64,000 nucleotides of DNA from Nanobdellota archaeon (GCA_021791655.1 JAJYWD010000001.1:98856-162855), one strand, 5' to 3'; counted from the stretch's first letter, positions 38,480-49,261 are shown. The notes: generated from the sequence alone by a model not told the origin. Translations and numbers: made by a program.

Positions 38480-40984
38480 ATGCTCAGTGAAAACGTCAAG
38501 CCGTCAAGATATAACATACGAATAGAACCGGACCTGAAAACGTTCGCCTTCTCGGGCGTTGAGTCCATAGATCTAAGCATAGAAAAGTCCGTAAGTAAAA
38601 TAACCTTGAACTCGAAAGGACTCAAGATAACGCGTGCTTACGCTAAATTTGGTCAGATTACACAAGAAGCTAAGTTATCACTCAGAGAAGAGAAGGAGGA
38701 AATAGACTTTATATTCGCTGGTAAGTTCCGCGGCGATGCCACTCTTTTCATAGAGTTCAGTGGCAAGGCTAGCGACAATCTTATGGGCTTGTATAAGAGC
38801 CGATACACGCATCGCGGAAAAGAGGGATACATCCTAACCACGCAATTCGAGCCTACCGACGCTAGGACCGCCTTTCCATGTTTTGACGAACCTATGATGA
38901 AAGCGGAATTCGCGCTTTCCCTGCTTATTGACAAGAATCTGGACGCCGTTTCAAACACACCCATGGAGAGCACTACCGCGCTCGGTAACAAAAAGATGGT
39001 AAAATTCATAAGGACTCCTCGTATGGCGTCTTATTTACTATATATAGGAGTTGGAAAGTTCGAGCACATGGAGGATAAGCTAGGTGACCTGCCAATACGG
39101 TTCGTTTCTACTCCTGGTAAGAAGAAACTCGGTAAACTGGCCATCGAGTGCGCAAAGAGCACAATAGATTTCCTACAGAAATATACTGGAATAAAATACC
39201 CAATGCCAAAAGTGGATTTGATATCAATTCCAGATTTCGCTGTCGGGGCGATGGAAAATTGGGGAGCCGTGACTTTCAATGAAAACCTGGTCCTGGCGGG
39301 CCCCGATTCATCGGTAGCTGCGAAGTTCCGCGTTCTGGAAGTGGTTGCGCACGAACTTGTGCATCAGTACTTCGGGGATTTAGTAACAATGAAATGGTGG
39401 CACGACCTCTGGCTTAACGAAAGCTTCGCGACTTTCATGTCCTACAAAATATTGATGAGCACATATCCTGAATTTGAGCCGCGAGCATTTTTCTTCAATA
39501 TGGAGAGAGATCCCGCGCTAATCGCCGACGGCAGGATGCAAACGCACCCAATACACCAGCGCGTGCACGATCCGGCTGAGATAGCCAGCCTTTTCGATAG
39601 TATCTCGTACGAGAAGGGCGCTAATGTAATCGCGATGATAGAAGATTTCGTAGGGCAGGATTATTTCAGAGAAAGCATAAGCAGATACCTAAATAGATAT
39701 TCGCTGTCTAACGCCAGCGAGAAGGACCTATGGCGGTCTATGGAAGAGGTCCTGCGCAGGCACGGGAAGGCAATGAAAATATATGAGACTATGTCAAGCT
39801 GGCTGAAGAGGCCCGGGTATCCAGTGGTTTACGTCACGAAAAAGAAAAGGTTTAAACTAACGCAGAAACGTTTTGTGCTCGCGGGTGACAGGCGAGAGAA
39901 ACCGTGGCCCATACCTCTGTCTTTCTTCGTTACGAGGGGAAAAGTTAATGTGATGTTTGATGGGCAGAGTACCCACATAGTCGATAACAGCGACTGGATA
40001 AAACTAAACTACAACGAGACCGGATTTTACCGTACGATGTATTCGCCCGAGCTACTCCAGAAACTGGGACATTTGATATCGACAGGGAAACTGGGTGCTT
40101 TCGACGCATGGGGCGTGGAAAACGATCTTTTCGCCTTGTTACGTAGCGGAAGAACCGGCTTTGATGCGTATTTCGACTTCGTTTCAAAACACTTGATAAC
40201 AACAGAGCAGCCGCTGGCGACTTCGGTGGTATCGCATATGGCATGGATTGCAATGATGTATGAAGCAAACGGTCGGCTAGGAATGATTTCCAAAAACCTC
40301 ACAGACGCCTTTCTACCCCTCTTTTTAAGGTTGGGATGGACGAAGAAGAGCGGTGAGAATGTACTCGATTCTGTTTTACGTGCTAATCTAGTTTTGCTAC
40401 TAGGCATTCTCGGGGAGAGGAGCGTCCTTGAGAAGGCGAATTCTATACTCGAGGCATTCCTCCGTAGCGGAAAGATTGCAGACATGAGCGTTCTCGGTGC
40501 GGCGTTCCAAATCGTACCTTACGGTTATGGCGGAAAAACGCTCATGGCTAAGCTGAAAAAGCTTTACAAGAAAGCCGACTTGCCAGAGATTAGACTGTTC
40601 GCACTAAAAGCGCTAGGAATGTTCAAAGAAAAGGATGCTCTAAAGAAAGCACTCGCTTTCGCTATCTCCAAGGAAGTTCCGTTAAAAGACTTCCTTTACT
40701 TACCCACCTATGTGGCGATTAATCCGCATGGTAGAGAATTGTTTTGGCCGTTTGTACACAGCAACTGGAGTAGGTTTTTCAGTAGTCTTACCCCCGGTTC
40801 ACTTATCTTGAGGAAGCTGTTGGAGGGGCTGGACTTTGTATCCGACGATAAAACACTTAAGACCGTGACAAAATTCTTTTCAGAGTCTAAAAACATGAGG
40901 GGGGACCTAGACCTTGGTGTGCGCAGCTCATTGGAAACCATAAAAGCCAATATAGCTTTTGTAAAGAAGAATCTGACGGATTAA
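38480..40984 (+). CDS. M1 family aminopeptidase (tricorn-interacting factor F2/F3-like)
   Basis: TQFEPTDAR.AFPCFDEP, GAMENWG, HELVH-x18-E and YEKG. Confidence 0.95.
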   Translation: MLSENVKPSRYNIRIEPDLKTFAFSGVESIDLSIEKSVSKITLNSKGLKITRAYAKFGQITQEAKLSLREEKEEIDFIFAGKFRGDATLFIEFSGKASDNLMGLYKSRYTHRGKEGYILTTQFEPTDARTAFPCFDEPMMKAEFALSLLIDKNLDAVSNTPMESTTALGNKKMVKFIRTPRMASYLLYIGVGKFEHMEDKLGDLPIRFVSTPGKKKLGKLAIECAKSTIDFLQKYTGIKYPMPKVDLISIPDFAVGAMENWGAVTFNENLVLAGPDSSVAAKFRVLEVVAHELVHQYFGDLVTMKWWHDLWLNESFATFMSYKILMSTYPEFEPRAFFFNMERDPALIADGRMQTHPIHQRVHDPAEIASLFDSISYEKGANVIAMIEDFVGQDYFRESISRYLNRYSLSNASEKDLWRSMEEVLRRHGKAMKIYETMSSWLKRPGYPVVYVTKKKRFKLTQKRFVLAGDRREKPWPIPLSFFVTRGKVNVMFDGQSTHIVDNSDWIKLNYNETGFYRTMYSPELLQKLGHLISTGKLGAFDAWGVENDLFALLRSGRTGFDAYFDFVSKHLITTEQPLATSVVSHMAWIAMMYEANGRLGMISKNLTDAFLPLFLRLGWTKKSGENVLDSVLRANLVLLLGILGERSVLEKANSILEAFLRSGKIADMSVLGAAFQIVPYGYGGKTLMAKLKKLYKKADLPEIRLFALKALGMFKEKDALKKALAFAISKEVPLKDFLYLPTYVAINPHGRELFWPFVHSNWSRFFSSLTPGSLILRKLLEGLDFVSDDKTLKTVTKFFSESKNMRGDLDLGVRSSLETIKANIAFVKKNLTD

Positions 40985-41040
40985 ACGCCTATTGTGTAGT
41001 GTTTGTAATGTTTTATAACGACACGCCGACTTAGTAATAA

Positions 41041-41757
41041 ATGGATATAAAACCGGAACACATAAAACTAAAAAAAGGACAGATTGCAGAGAGGCTGTTG
41101 GTTGCTGGTGATACCCAGAGAATACATGTCCTGTCCAGCATTTTAGAGGATGCAAAGCTGCTCAATGAATACAGGTATATCGTGTACACTGGAAAGTACA
41201 AAGGAAAGCCGGTGAGCCTGATGTCGCATGGGATAGGCGCCCCTTCGGCCGCAATAGCCATCGAAGAGGCACACGCTCTGGGTGCTAATAAGATAATACG
41301 GTTGGGTACAACCGGTGGATTGTTAAAAGAGATGAAATACGGCGACCTAATAGTGCCTACAGCCGCCGGATTTGACAAGGGTGGCGTGATAGGCGCTTAC
41401 ATAAAAGGTGTCAATATCGCGCCTGCGCCGGATTTGCAGTTGACGAATGCAATAGTAAATGAGCTTGGCAGTAGAAAAGATACCTATTTCGTCGGGCCTG
41501 TTTATTCCGCTGATGGCTTTTATCGGGAAGATGGCCTTGTGAAAAAACTTAGCAGCCTCGGTTTTGTATCTGTTGAAATGGAATGCGCAACACTTTTCAT
41601 GCTTGGTCAATTACGCGGTTTCAAAAGTGCTTCCATACTCATAATGGTGGACAATAGGGTAAATCCTGCGATGCAAGAATTTTTGGCAGTTAAGGAAATG
41701 AACCGGTTCGCAAAAATCGCCGCAGAGACCGCCCTTAATGCACTGGTAAGCGATTGA
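41041..41757 (+). CDS. Purine/uridine nucleoside phosphorylase (NP-I family)
   Basis: GDTQR, HGIGAPSA, IRLGTTG and VEMECA. Confidence 0.9.
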   Translation: MDIKPEHIKLKKGQIAERLLVAGDTQRIHVLSSILEDAKLLNEYRYIVYTGKYKGKPVSLMSHGIGAPSAAIAIEEAHALGANKIIRLGTTGGLLKEMKYGDLIVPTAAGFDKGGVIGAYIKGVNIAPAPDLQLTNAIVNELGSRKDTYFVGPVYSADGFYREDGLVKKLSSLGFVSVEMECATLFMLGQLRGFKSASILIMVDNRVNPAMQEFLAVKEMNRFAKIAAETALNALVSD

Positions 41758-41858
41758 GTCTAGTCTGTACACCGCGATATTGACACAAACGTTATTTTTC
41801 CTAGTTCAGCAAGCGCCGTAATATCATGTTATTTATATGGGTGGCGTTCATATCTTTT

Positions 41859-42944
41859 ATGTCACTAGAACGCGTCTTAGGACATAAAGACAAGCAGATC
41901 AAGCGTTCCCTTCATAAGGTACTTTCGTCGCAGCGTGCTCTCAGTCAGAGACGCATTTACCAAGTACAGAATTTTATCGCGGGATATGCACGGGACCGTT
42001 TGGAAAAGATTGTCAGCGGCGAAATCAAGGTGCCGCCCGAAGAGCGGGCTGGTCTCATCAGTAGACTTGGAAAGATAGACGAATGGATGAAAAAAGGAAA
42101 GAGAATGTCAGACAAAAAGCTGTACCAAGACGAAACAAAGTCAGAATACGGGACGTATAGCTATGACCGCACGCTGGACAGCGATACCGACCTTACTAAA
42201 GCCCACCTTTGCGTTATTTTCAACCGCTCTTATAAAGCATGTTCCGTGTCTTTCTATAAACCAAAGGATTCTTACAAGAAAATAAGAAGAATGGCGGAAG
42301 AAGCCGACATATGCTGGGATAACGAGGCCGATAAAGAGCTTTACAGCAAGGGCCTAGCGCGCGATTGCACCAAAAACGGGGGATCTATAGTTTATCTGGT
42401 AAGAACAAAACGCGGGAAAAGGCACACACGGCACGTGTCTGCGTTCGTTAGGTGCTTTTTGGGCGTTGATAACAAGAGCAGGCCATATCTGTTCATAGAC
42501 CTTATAGAGGGGAGATTTGGAAGCGAGTCCTTTATACACCGCCTTGACTATTGGGGAGACCCCAAATACAAGCCGCTGGCCGGCATTTTTAAGACCGCCC
42601 TATTCACAGCTATTGCGATCGCTAAAGACATAGACGCCGAGTACGTTGTCACCGAAGACGAAGGTATAGAAGATCTGTTTTCGGGCATAGGCGCCGGCAG
42701 GATAAGGACCGATGGCGAGTACTCTCATAAAATAGGCTCGCCTGCAAGTGAGACACCGGAAAACAAAGACGAGGTAAAATCGTATTTCTTCGGTCATAAT
42801 GGAAGAGAATACGGGTTGTATCTGCAATCATTGAGTCAGAAAAAGGCCGCGGTAGGTGATGAGAAGATATACGCGTTGCAGTCCAGAAAATCAGCAGAGA
42901 AACCTAGTATAGAACTGGAAACGGGTGAGAAAAGCCGGGCATAA
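41859..42944 (+). CDS. Hypothetical protein
   Basis: Long ORF with no competing gene; TTTATA 21 nt upstream of ATG 41859. Confidence 0.7.
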   Translation: MSLERVLGHKDKQIKRSLHKVLSSQRALSQRRIYQVQNFIAGYARDRLEKIVSGEIKVPPEERAGLISRLGKIDEWMKKGKRMSDKKLYQDETKSEYGTYSYDRTLDSDTDLTKAHLCVIFNRSYKACSVSFYKPKDSYKKIRRMAEEADICWDNEADKELYSKGLARDCTKNGGSIVYLVRTKRGKRHTRHVSAFVRCFLGVDNKSRPYLFIDLIEGRFGSESFIHRLDYWGDPKYKPLAGIFKTALFTAIAIAKDIDAEYVVTEDEGIEDLFSGIGAGRIRTDGEYSHKIGSPASETPENKDEVKSYFFGHNGREYGLYLQSLSQKKAAVGDEKIYALQSRKSAEKPSIELETGEKSRA

Positions 42945-43042
42945 GGTGCTGTCGATTCGATAGAGAACAGTAAGCGCAATCCCAAAGATTCCTTTACAAT
43001 ACCGGATATCGCGGCGTAACTGGCTGTGCGAACTCGTAGTTT

Positions 43043-43597
43043 TCAGCTTTCATGGTTCTCCAGCAAACAGTTTATTATCCTGTACGTTATGCCCCACACC
43101 GTGTAATCCTTGTACACGTAGGCATCTTCGATCCTTTCTTTTACGCCATCAGAAAACCTATATCTCTGTTTTGCGGAGTCGGTTTTCAAATAATCCAAAG
43201 GAACGAGCTTGAAAGAGTTCACTTCATTTCTGTTGACTACTACGGTCGGCTTGTCGTCTACTAAAAATACCCCTGGAATCACGCACAAGTCCGCAACGTT
43301 TGTTTTGAACGCCGGCATATAACCTACAAATTCCTCTTTGTGCAACTCGACTCCTATCTCCTCCCTGCTCTCTCTGATAGCGGTATCCAAAGAAGTGGCA
43401 TCACCCACCTCCCTGCGCCCTCCAGGCAGAGCTATCTGTCCGGACCACTTATCTTCGTCTCTTTTCGCGCGTTCTATAAACAGAATAGAGGGAACTGGTT
43501 TTTGCACTATTATCACCGAAACGCTTGCGGTCTTATCTGCGCTTGGTTTAGGCTCTTCCGCGCTTAGAACGTAGTCTATCCCGCTTATCGCTTTCAT
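43043..43597 (-). CDS. Nudix hydrolase, CoA pyrophosphatase-like
   Basis: WSGQIALPGG...TAIRESREEIG and VWGIT. Confidence 0.9.
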   Translation of the reverse strand: MKAISGIDYVLSAEEPKPSADKTASVSVIIVQKPVPSILFIERAKRDEDKWSGQIALPGGRREVGDATSLDTAIRESREEIGVELHKEEFVGYMPAFKTNVADLCVIPGVFLVDDKPTVVVNRNEVNSFKLVPLDYLKTDSAKQRYRFSDGVKERIEDAYVYKDYTVWGITYRIINCLLENHES

Positions 43598-44337
43598 GCC
43601 TTTTGCGCCATCATAACCGCGCGCTTCTTTATGAACGAGTCTTCTGCTTCGTTGTATCTTATCGCTCTGCGTAATTCTTCGGATTCTTTGAGAATATCTC
43701 TTACCGCCTTAGCTTCTTTACCATTGTTTTTGATCGGGTAAAGCCAGTCATCCACCTTTTCCTTGGTTTCCATTATGTGCAAATCCGTCACTGCGAAACC
43801 ATTCTCTCTTAGGATCTGGGTCCACCCGTTCGTGCTTTCGGCCCCAGCATGTGTACTGTCTCTAGCCCTTTCCATCCGATTGAAAAGGTCCTTGTTATCG
43901 CCGTCAGGCCTAAGCATGTCGGATATAATGAAGTAACCCCCGTTCTTCAACACGCGATTCACCTCTCTCAACACACCCGCTTTGTCTTTAATGTGGTGCA
44001 GAGCCTTCCTGCAAGTTACTATATCAAAGTACCCATCGGGGAACTCCAAATGAGCGGCATCCATTTCGAGTAACCTTACATTTTTTATCCCAATTTTGTC
44101 TATGTTCAGTTTCGCTTCTTCGAGCATTTTGTCCGCGATATCTATGCCAACTACTTCCTTTATGGTATTTGCGAGTTCTATTGCCACGAAGCCCGGGCCC
44201 GTAGCTATATCGAGTGCCCTTTCAGCGGGTATTTTGCCCGCGAAATTTATTATCGTAGGTAAATCGTAATAATGCGCCCTTTTGTCTCCATGCGCATACT
44301 CCTTTGCGTGCTCGTTGAAAAAATCCTTTACGTCCAT
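43594..44337 (-). CDS. Class I SAM-dependent methyltransferase
   Basis: LDIATGPG, GIDIA, FDIVTC..ALHH and RVLKNGG. Confidence 0.9.
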   Translation of the reverse strand: MDVKDFFNEHAKEYAHGDKRAHYYDLPTIINFAGKIPAERALDIATGPGFVAIELANTIKEVVGIDIADKMLEEAKLNIDKIGIKNVRLLEMDAAHLEFPDGYFDIVTCRKALHHIKDKAGVLREVNRVLKNGGYFIISDMLRPDGDNKDLFNRMERARDSTHAGAESTNGWTQILRENGFAVTDLHIMETKEKVDDWLYPIKNNGKEAKAVRDILKESEELRRAIRYNEAEDSFIKKRAVMMAQKA

Positions 44338-44465
44338 AAGTCTTAATTGTACACCCGCCGATTAATAACTTTATGACCAGAATCTGTTTAATATGCCGAT
44401 GTTTTCTTATTTTCGATTTTCTAGCCAGAGACGTCTATTTTAATTACAAACTGTAATAATTTGAC

Positions 44466-45707
44466 ATGCTGACAAAATCCCACAGGAAAGCCTGGCTCGT
44501 GCTGATTGGCGCAATGCTGGTCCTGACGATAGTGTATGCTAACTGGTTCGTGCTGCCGTACGAGCTGCTGATAAACAATTCATACAATTACGGAGAAGTC
44601 GGGTTTATAACCAGCATAGCACCGATTGTGGAGACCGTTTTGGCCCTGGTCTTTGGCGAGGTTAGTGGGTGGCGCGTGCCAAAGTGGACCATACTTGTTG
44701 GTGCGCTACTTGCTATACTTGCAACGATACTTATAGCGTCCGCGGGAGTTTATACCGAGATAGGTGGCATACTATCACTAGTTGTTGCGGATTTTCTTAT
44801 CAATGCGGGCGCGCTCGTTATATTATTCAAGTTGCTGAATAAAAATGATTCTGTGTACGTGTCATTCGATCAGGTAATGATAGGCTTAGAGTATATGAGC
44901 GGGCCCGTATTCGGCGGGTTTCTTTTGCAGAATCTCAAAGTTACCGGGTTGCTTGTAGGAAACGCTGCGCTTGCAGCTGTCGGTCTGTTCATGGTTTATG
45001 CGGCGTTGGGAATCGATTTAAAACGGATTGGCATATATCTCGCGACCAAAAAGGGCGAGTTTGTACTAAGGCTTCATAAGGGTAGGGGTAGGAGACTACA
45101 CAAAGTGGTGCACGAAGTCGAGAGGCTACCATCAAAAGCAAAGAAGCTGGGCATTAGGATTTCCTTCCTTTTCCTGTTCTTTTCCGCCATATTTGCGATG
45201 ATAGGATATGGATACTGGGATGCACTGCCGTTACTGGTGGGTCTGGGCAAATCAACGCTATCGCTGAGCGGCCTGATGCTGGCATTGCTTGAGGTGCCGT
45301 TTACAGCAGGTGCGCTTGCAGCTGGCATTTTCCTAAAGCGACTTAGGTCGTTCGGCGTGCGGAGGATATTCATTTACTTTTTGATTATAGCGATGTTGCC
45401 GATTTTCCTGCTTTTGTTCACGATATCAGCGAATCTCTATCTTATCTTCCTGTCTGTCATCCCTTTTTTCTTCCTGTCAATAAGCGAAGTTCTTCTTTGG
45501 ACCAATATCCTTAGGAACTATAAGGAGGACGTAGTGAGACCATTCGTGTATGCTACCGCGGGAAGCGGCATCGGCGGCGCGTTCGGTGACGTAATAGTCG
45601 GGAACACGATAAGTGCGCACGGGTTTCAGATTCTGTTCATTTCGTTCTTAGTTACTTCCGTGGGTCTGCTGTTGTATACGCGATTCGTCGTCGGGAAGCT
45701 AGACTGA
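44466..45707 (+). CDS. MFS-like transporter
   Basis: About 12 hydrophobic helices in two halves with a central basic loop; GPVFGG motif. Confidence 0.7.
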   Translation: MLTKSHRKAWLVLIGAMLVLTIVYANWFVLPYELLINNSYNYGEVGFITSIAPIVETVLALVFGEVSGWRVPKWTILVGALLAILATILIASAGVYTEIGGILSLVVADFLINAGALVILFKLLNKNDSVYVSFDQVMIGLEYMSGPVFGGFLLQNLKVTGLLVGNAALAAVGLFMVYAALGIDLKRIGIYLATKKGEFVLRLHKGRGRRLHKVVHEVERLPSKAKKLGIRISFLFLFFSAIFAMIGYGYWDALPLLVGLGKSTLSLSGLMLALLEVPFTAGALAAGIFLKRLRSFGVRRIFIYFLIIAMLPIFLLLFTISANLYLIFLSVIPFFFLSISEVLLWTNILRNYKEDVVRPFVYATAGSGIGGAFGDVIVGNTISAHGFQILFISFLVTSVGLLLYTRFVVGKLD

Positions 45708-45742
45708 TCCAGCTTCGTCGCAGAAGCCTGTCGTTTGAATGC

Positions 45743-46351
45743 TCAGACTATCACTTTACCGAGCCTAGAATCTATGTCAGACCAATTTATTATGTTCCAG
45801 AAGTTATCAACGTACTTGCCTTTGTCCGTTTTGTACTGCAGGTAATACGCGTGTTCCCATACATCCAATCCAAGAAGTATCTGCATTCCGGCCAGATGCA
45901 TAAGGTTTTGTTTCTCTATTTGGGTTAATACCAGCTGGTTCGCTTCGGGATCATACAGAAGTAGAGCCCATCCTGAACCTTCTACGGTCTTAGCGGCATC
46001 GCTGAACTGTTTCTTGAATATGTCGAAACTTCCGAACGATTCATTTATCTTATCAACGACCTTCCCGCCGGGAGCTCCGCCCCCCTTACCGGCCGGGGCC
46101 ATATTCATCCAGAACATAGAGTGCAGCTTGTGCCCGTCAACATTGAAACTATAATCTCTTAGCACCGCTCTCAGATCGACCTGAAGAGCGCCGCTCCTAG
46201 CTTTCTCAAGTTTTTCCAGCGCAGAATTCGCTCCCGTAACGTAAGCCGCATGATGCTTGTCGTGATGCAATTGCATTATCTCCGTAGATATGTACGGTTC
46301 CAGCGCATCATAGTTGTAGGGTAACGCCGGTAAAACATATTTATTCGCCAT
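45743..46351 (-). CDS. sod: Fe/Mn superoxide dismutase
   Basis: LHHDKHH, HKLH, GSGWA and DVWEHAYY. GGAGGTG upstream of ATG 46351. Confidence 0.96.
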   Translation of the reverse strand: MANKYVLPALPYNYDALEPYISTEIMQLHHDKHHAAYVTGANSALEKLEKARSGALQVDLRAVLRDYSFNVDGHKLHSMFWMNMAPAGKGGGAPGGKVVDKINESFGSFDIFKKQFSDAAKTVEGSGWALLLYDPEANQLVLTQIEKQNLMHLAGMQILLGLDVWEHAYYLQYKTDKGKYVDNFWNIINWSDIDSRLGKVIV

Positions 46352-46432
46352 AAAACACCTCCTTTGTCCTCTTTTCATATTTAGAAGCTGCAACTATTTA
46401 TACGTATCTCGTCGGCAGCGCACTAGGAAGAG

Positions 46433-47524
46433 TTATCTACCGTACGCGCTAGCTAATTTTTGGAACTCATAAAAAACCGGCGTTCTCATCTGATAGTTTT
46501 GAAGTATCGCCGATGTAGTGTCATTCCACGTGTAAGAAGAAAAAATGTTCGTGAAGAAAGGTATCACGAAACTGGCGTTTATCTTCTGTGCGAAATAGTA
46601 AAGTGCTAGCATCCACTCTTTGTCCAACTGCGCCCTTGAGGAATTGTACGCTACACGTCCGGTGCCGGACCACGCTTCTGCTATCCAAACCGACTTATTT
46701 CCTCTGCCGTACTCCGAGAGGTAGTCCTGGGTCTGATTGAAAGCATTTGTGGTGTATATGTCGAAGCCGAGAAAATCTACTGTACCGATTCTCTTAAGTC
46801 CTTGTAAAAATGGAATGTAAAACTCTGATTGGCTGTTAAGGCCATCCGAGCTTATGGAAACGCCCACGCTTGTGTTTGGCGACACGCTTTTTACGGTCTC
46901 ACTAAGGTTAGCTGCAAGTTGTAACCAGTCGGAGGCGTTAGAGAACTGCGGATTGGTGTATGCATCGGAGACCATCGGCACATACCAGCCGGGCTCCTTT
47001 ATGATAATGTAATAATTTGGGCGGTACAGTGCTGCGATTGTCCTTACCCGCTGCACCCACGCCGTTTTAAACTCCTGCCATGTAAGTTCATTTCCGGGTC
47101 CTCTGTAGCTTTCAGACGCTGCATCGGCTATTATTAGGCACATGCCATCATTTCTTACGTCTCGTATAAGTGCCGTATCCTCAGCTATCTGCGTGGAATT
47201 TTTGGATAGCCAAGGAGCATATCCTAGGTCAATCCGCAGGCACGATGCATTGCTGGATGCTAGCATATTCAGATCAGCCTCCTGTACCTGTAGAGTGTTG
47301 TATGGCGCGCCTATACCGCCGTAACTCGGTCTTAGGTACATTGCAGCAAAGGATAGAGACGCATTTTGTTGTGGTGCCCATTCTATCATGCTCCGGTTTA
47401 GCCAGGCTATGGTTATTGGTGGATAACCGGTCCCCGCCCCCCCAAGTTTATCGATTAATGCAAGAATCAATATTGCCACAAGCACGGTCAGCAGTATGGT
47501 AACGTAAAATTTTCTCTTGGTCAT
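46433..47524 (-). CDS. Secreted/anchored TIM-barrel glycoside-hydrolase-like protein
   Basis: N-terminal TM, LRIDLGY, IIKEPGW, LGFDIY and VWIAEAW pattern resembling clan GH-A. Confidence 0.6.
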   Translation of the reverse strand: MTKRKFYVTILLTVLVAILILALIDKLGGAGTGYPPITIAWLNRSMIEWAPQQNASLSFAAMYLRPSYGGIGAPYNTLQVQEADLNMLASSNASCLRIDLGYAPWLSKNSTQIAEDTALIRDVRNDGMCLIIADAASESYRGPGNELTWQEFKTAWVQRVRTIAALYRPNYYIIIKEPGWYVPMVSDAYTNPQFSNASDWLQLAANLSETVKSVSPNTSVGVSISSDGLNSQSEFYIPFLQGLKRIGTVDFLGFDIYTTNAFNQTQDYLSEYGRGNKSVWIAEAWSGTGRVAYNSSRAQLDKEWMLALYYFAQKINASFVIPFFTNIFSSYTWNDTTSAILQNYQMRTPVFYEFQKLASAYGR

Positions 47525-47604
47525 CCTCTTGATATCACCGCACATTTTAAATAAGTTCCTGATAAATACGCATAATTTATATTTGTATGACAACATAACT
47601 TAAT

Positions 47605-48465
47605 ATGTTCAATGTAACATCGAAAACTAGTAAGCCGTTTGATTTCATAACCACTTCAAAGCCGTCTCCGAAGCCCAGAAAGAACGGAATAATTGAGGTA
47701 CGCGGGCCATATTATTCCGCGGTTACACTCGACTACCTGAAGGGGCTGCTGGACGACTGGGGAGAATACATAGACGGTCTTAAATTCGCAGGGGGCTCTT
47801 TCAGTCTTCTTTCTGAGGCACGGCTAACTGAGTACATAAAAATATGCCATAACCATGACGTTTTCGTTGATACCGGTGGCTGGATAGAAAGGGTGCTTGT
47901 CGACGGGAAAGAGGTCGTTGACAAGTATATTTCAACTTGCAAGAAGGTCGGTTTTGATATAGTAGAAGTGTCCAGTGGTATGGCCCCAGAAATTATGAAC
48001 ATGTCTGTGGGGGACAAGGTCGCGATCGTGAAAAAAATAAGCCAGATGGGAATGAAACCGAAGCCGGAAGTCTCAATAATGGTCGGTGCCGGTGCAGGCA
48101 CGCACGTGGGTGGTTATGAAGAAGCGATGAAATACAGGAACATAGAAGATTTCGTAAAGGAGACGAGAGCATATCTAGATGCTGGCGCAGAGTTGATAAT
48201 GGTGGAATCGGAAGGCATAACGGAGGATTTGCCTCAGGAAAAATGGCGCGTGGACGTTATCCAAAGGCTTCTTAAGGAGTTCGGCTACGAGAAACTTATG
48301 TTTGAGTCCTCTGATCCGCCGGTTTTCAAGTGGTATCTTAAGAACGTGGGCAGGGACGTAAATTTGTTCATAGACCACTCGCAGACAGTCGAGTTCACAG
48401 CGTGGAAGTACGGTCTGTGGGGCGATAAAGAAATCTGGAAGGGCAAAACAATAGAGTACAAGTGA
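47605..48465 (+). CDS. comA: Phosphosulfolactate synthase (ComA) family protein
   Basis: KPRKNGI, GLKFAGG, GGWIE, EVSSG, MVESEG, MFES and VNLF. Confidence 0.85.
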   Translation: MFNVTSKTSKPFDFITTSKPSPKPRKNGIIEVRGPYYSAVTLDYLKGLLDDWGEYIDGLKFAGGSFSLLSEARLTEYIKICHNHDVFVDTGGWIERVLVDGKEVVDKYISTCKKVGFDIVEVSSGMAPEIMNMSVGDKVAIVKKISQMGMKPKPEVSIMVGAGAGTHVGGYEEAMKYRNIEDFVKETRAYLDAGAELIMVESEGITEDLPQEKWRVDVIQRLLKEFGYEKLMFESSDPPVFKWYLKNVGRDVNLFIDHSQTVEFTAWKYGLWGDKEIWKGKTIEYK

Positions 48466-48517
48466 TGAGTGGCGCTTTTGATGTGCGCCGCTTGAATACA
48501 GCTATAGGAGGTTGGCG

Positions 48518-49261
48518 ATGATGGAATACAGCGTTGAGACTATAATGGGTCTAATTGATCATACGGTGCTAGGAGCATTCGCTCCTGAATCTGACGTGAA
48601 GCGCTTGATAGACGAAGCCCACGAATTCGGTAACGCGGCAGTCTGCATAGAACCGGTTCATCTTGATTTTGCAAGAGACTACATAAATAGAAGCGGCTTC
48701 AGGACAAAAGTGGCCGTAGTCCTTGATTTTCCTCTTGGTGCCAGCTTTAGCAGGGCCAGAAAACTGCTGATAGACGCATACTCCGGGATGTCGGATGAAA
48801 TTGACATAGTCGCGCCGATTGCACTGGTGAAATCTGATAGATTCGATCTGGTTGAAAATGACATAAACGAACTTGTACAGGTGACTCACAAAAACAACAG
48901 GACGATAAAAGTCATAGTCGAGGATGCTTACACGACTCTGGATGAGAAGAAAAAGCTGTACGAGATAGTCTGCAGATCTGGTGCCGATTTCATAAAGACT
49001 GGTACGGGATTTGAAGACAAAAAGTACGCCGAATCCATAGGAAATAAAACTGGTGCACAGACAGAGAACGTGAAGCTTATGGCGGACATTGCCGACAAAT
49101 ACAACCCGAACATCGGCATAAAAGCAGCAGGTGGCATACACACATATGCTGATATAATTGCCCTCTTGGGAGCGTCAAGACGGGAAGCAAATCCGAATAA
49201 ATTCAGGATAGGTGCGAGCGGAACTAGGCAGATAAGAGAGGAGATGCTAGTTCGGAAATAA
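48518..49261 (+). CDS. deoC: Deoxyribose-phosphate aldolase
   Basis: IDHTVL, DFPLGA, KVIVE, DFIKTGTG and IKAAGGI. Confidence 0.9.
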   Translation: MMEYSVETIMGLIDHTVLGAFAPESDVKRLIDEAHEFGNAAVCIEPVHLDFARDYINRSGFRTKVAVVLDFPLGASFSRARKLLIDAYSGMSDEIDIVAPIALVKSDRFDLVENDINELVQVTHKNNRTIKVIVEDAYTTLDEKKKLYEIVCRSGADFIKTGTGFEDKKYAESIGNKTGAQTENVKLMADIADKYNPNIGIKAAGGIHTYADIIALLGASRREANPNKFRIGASGTRQIREEMLVRK

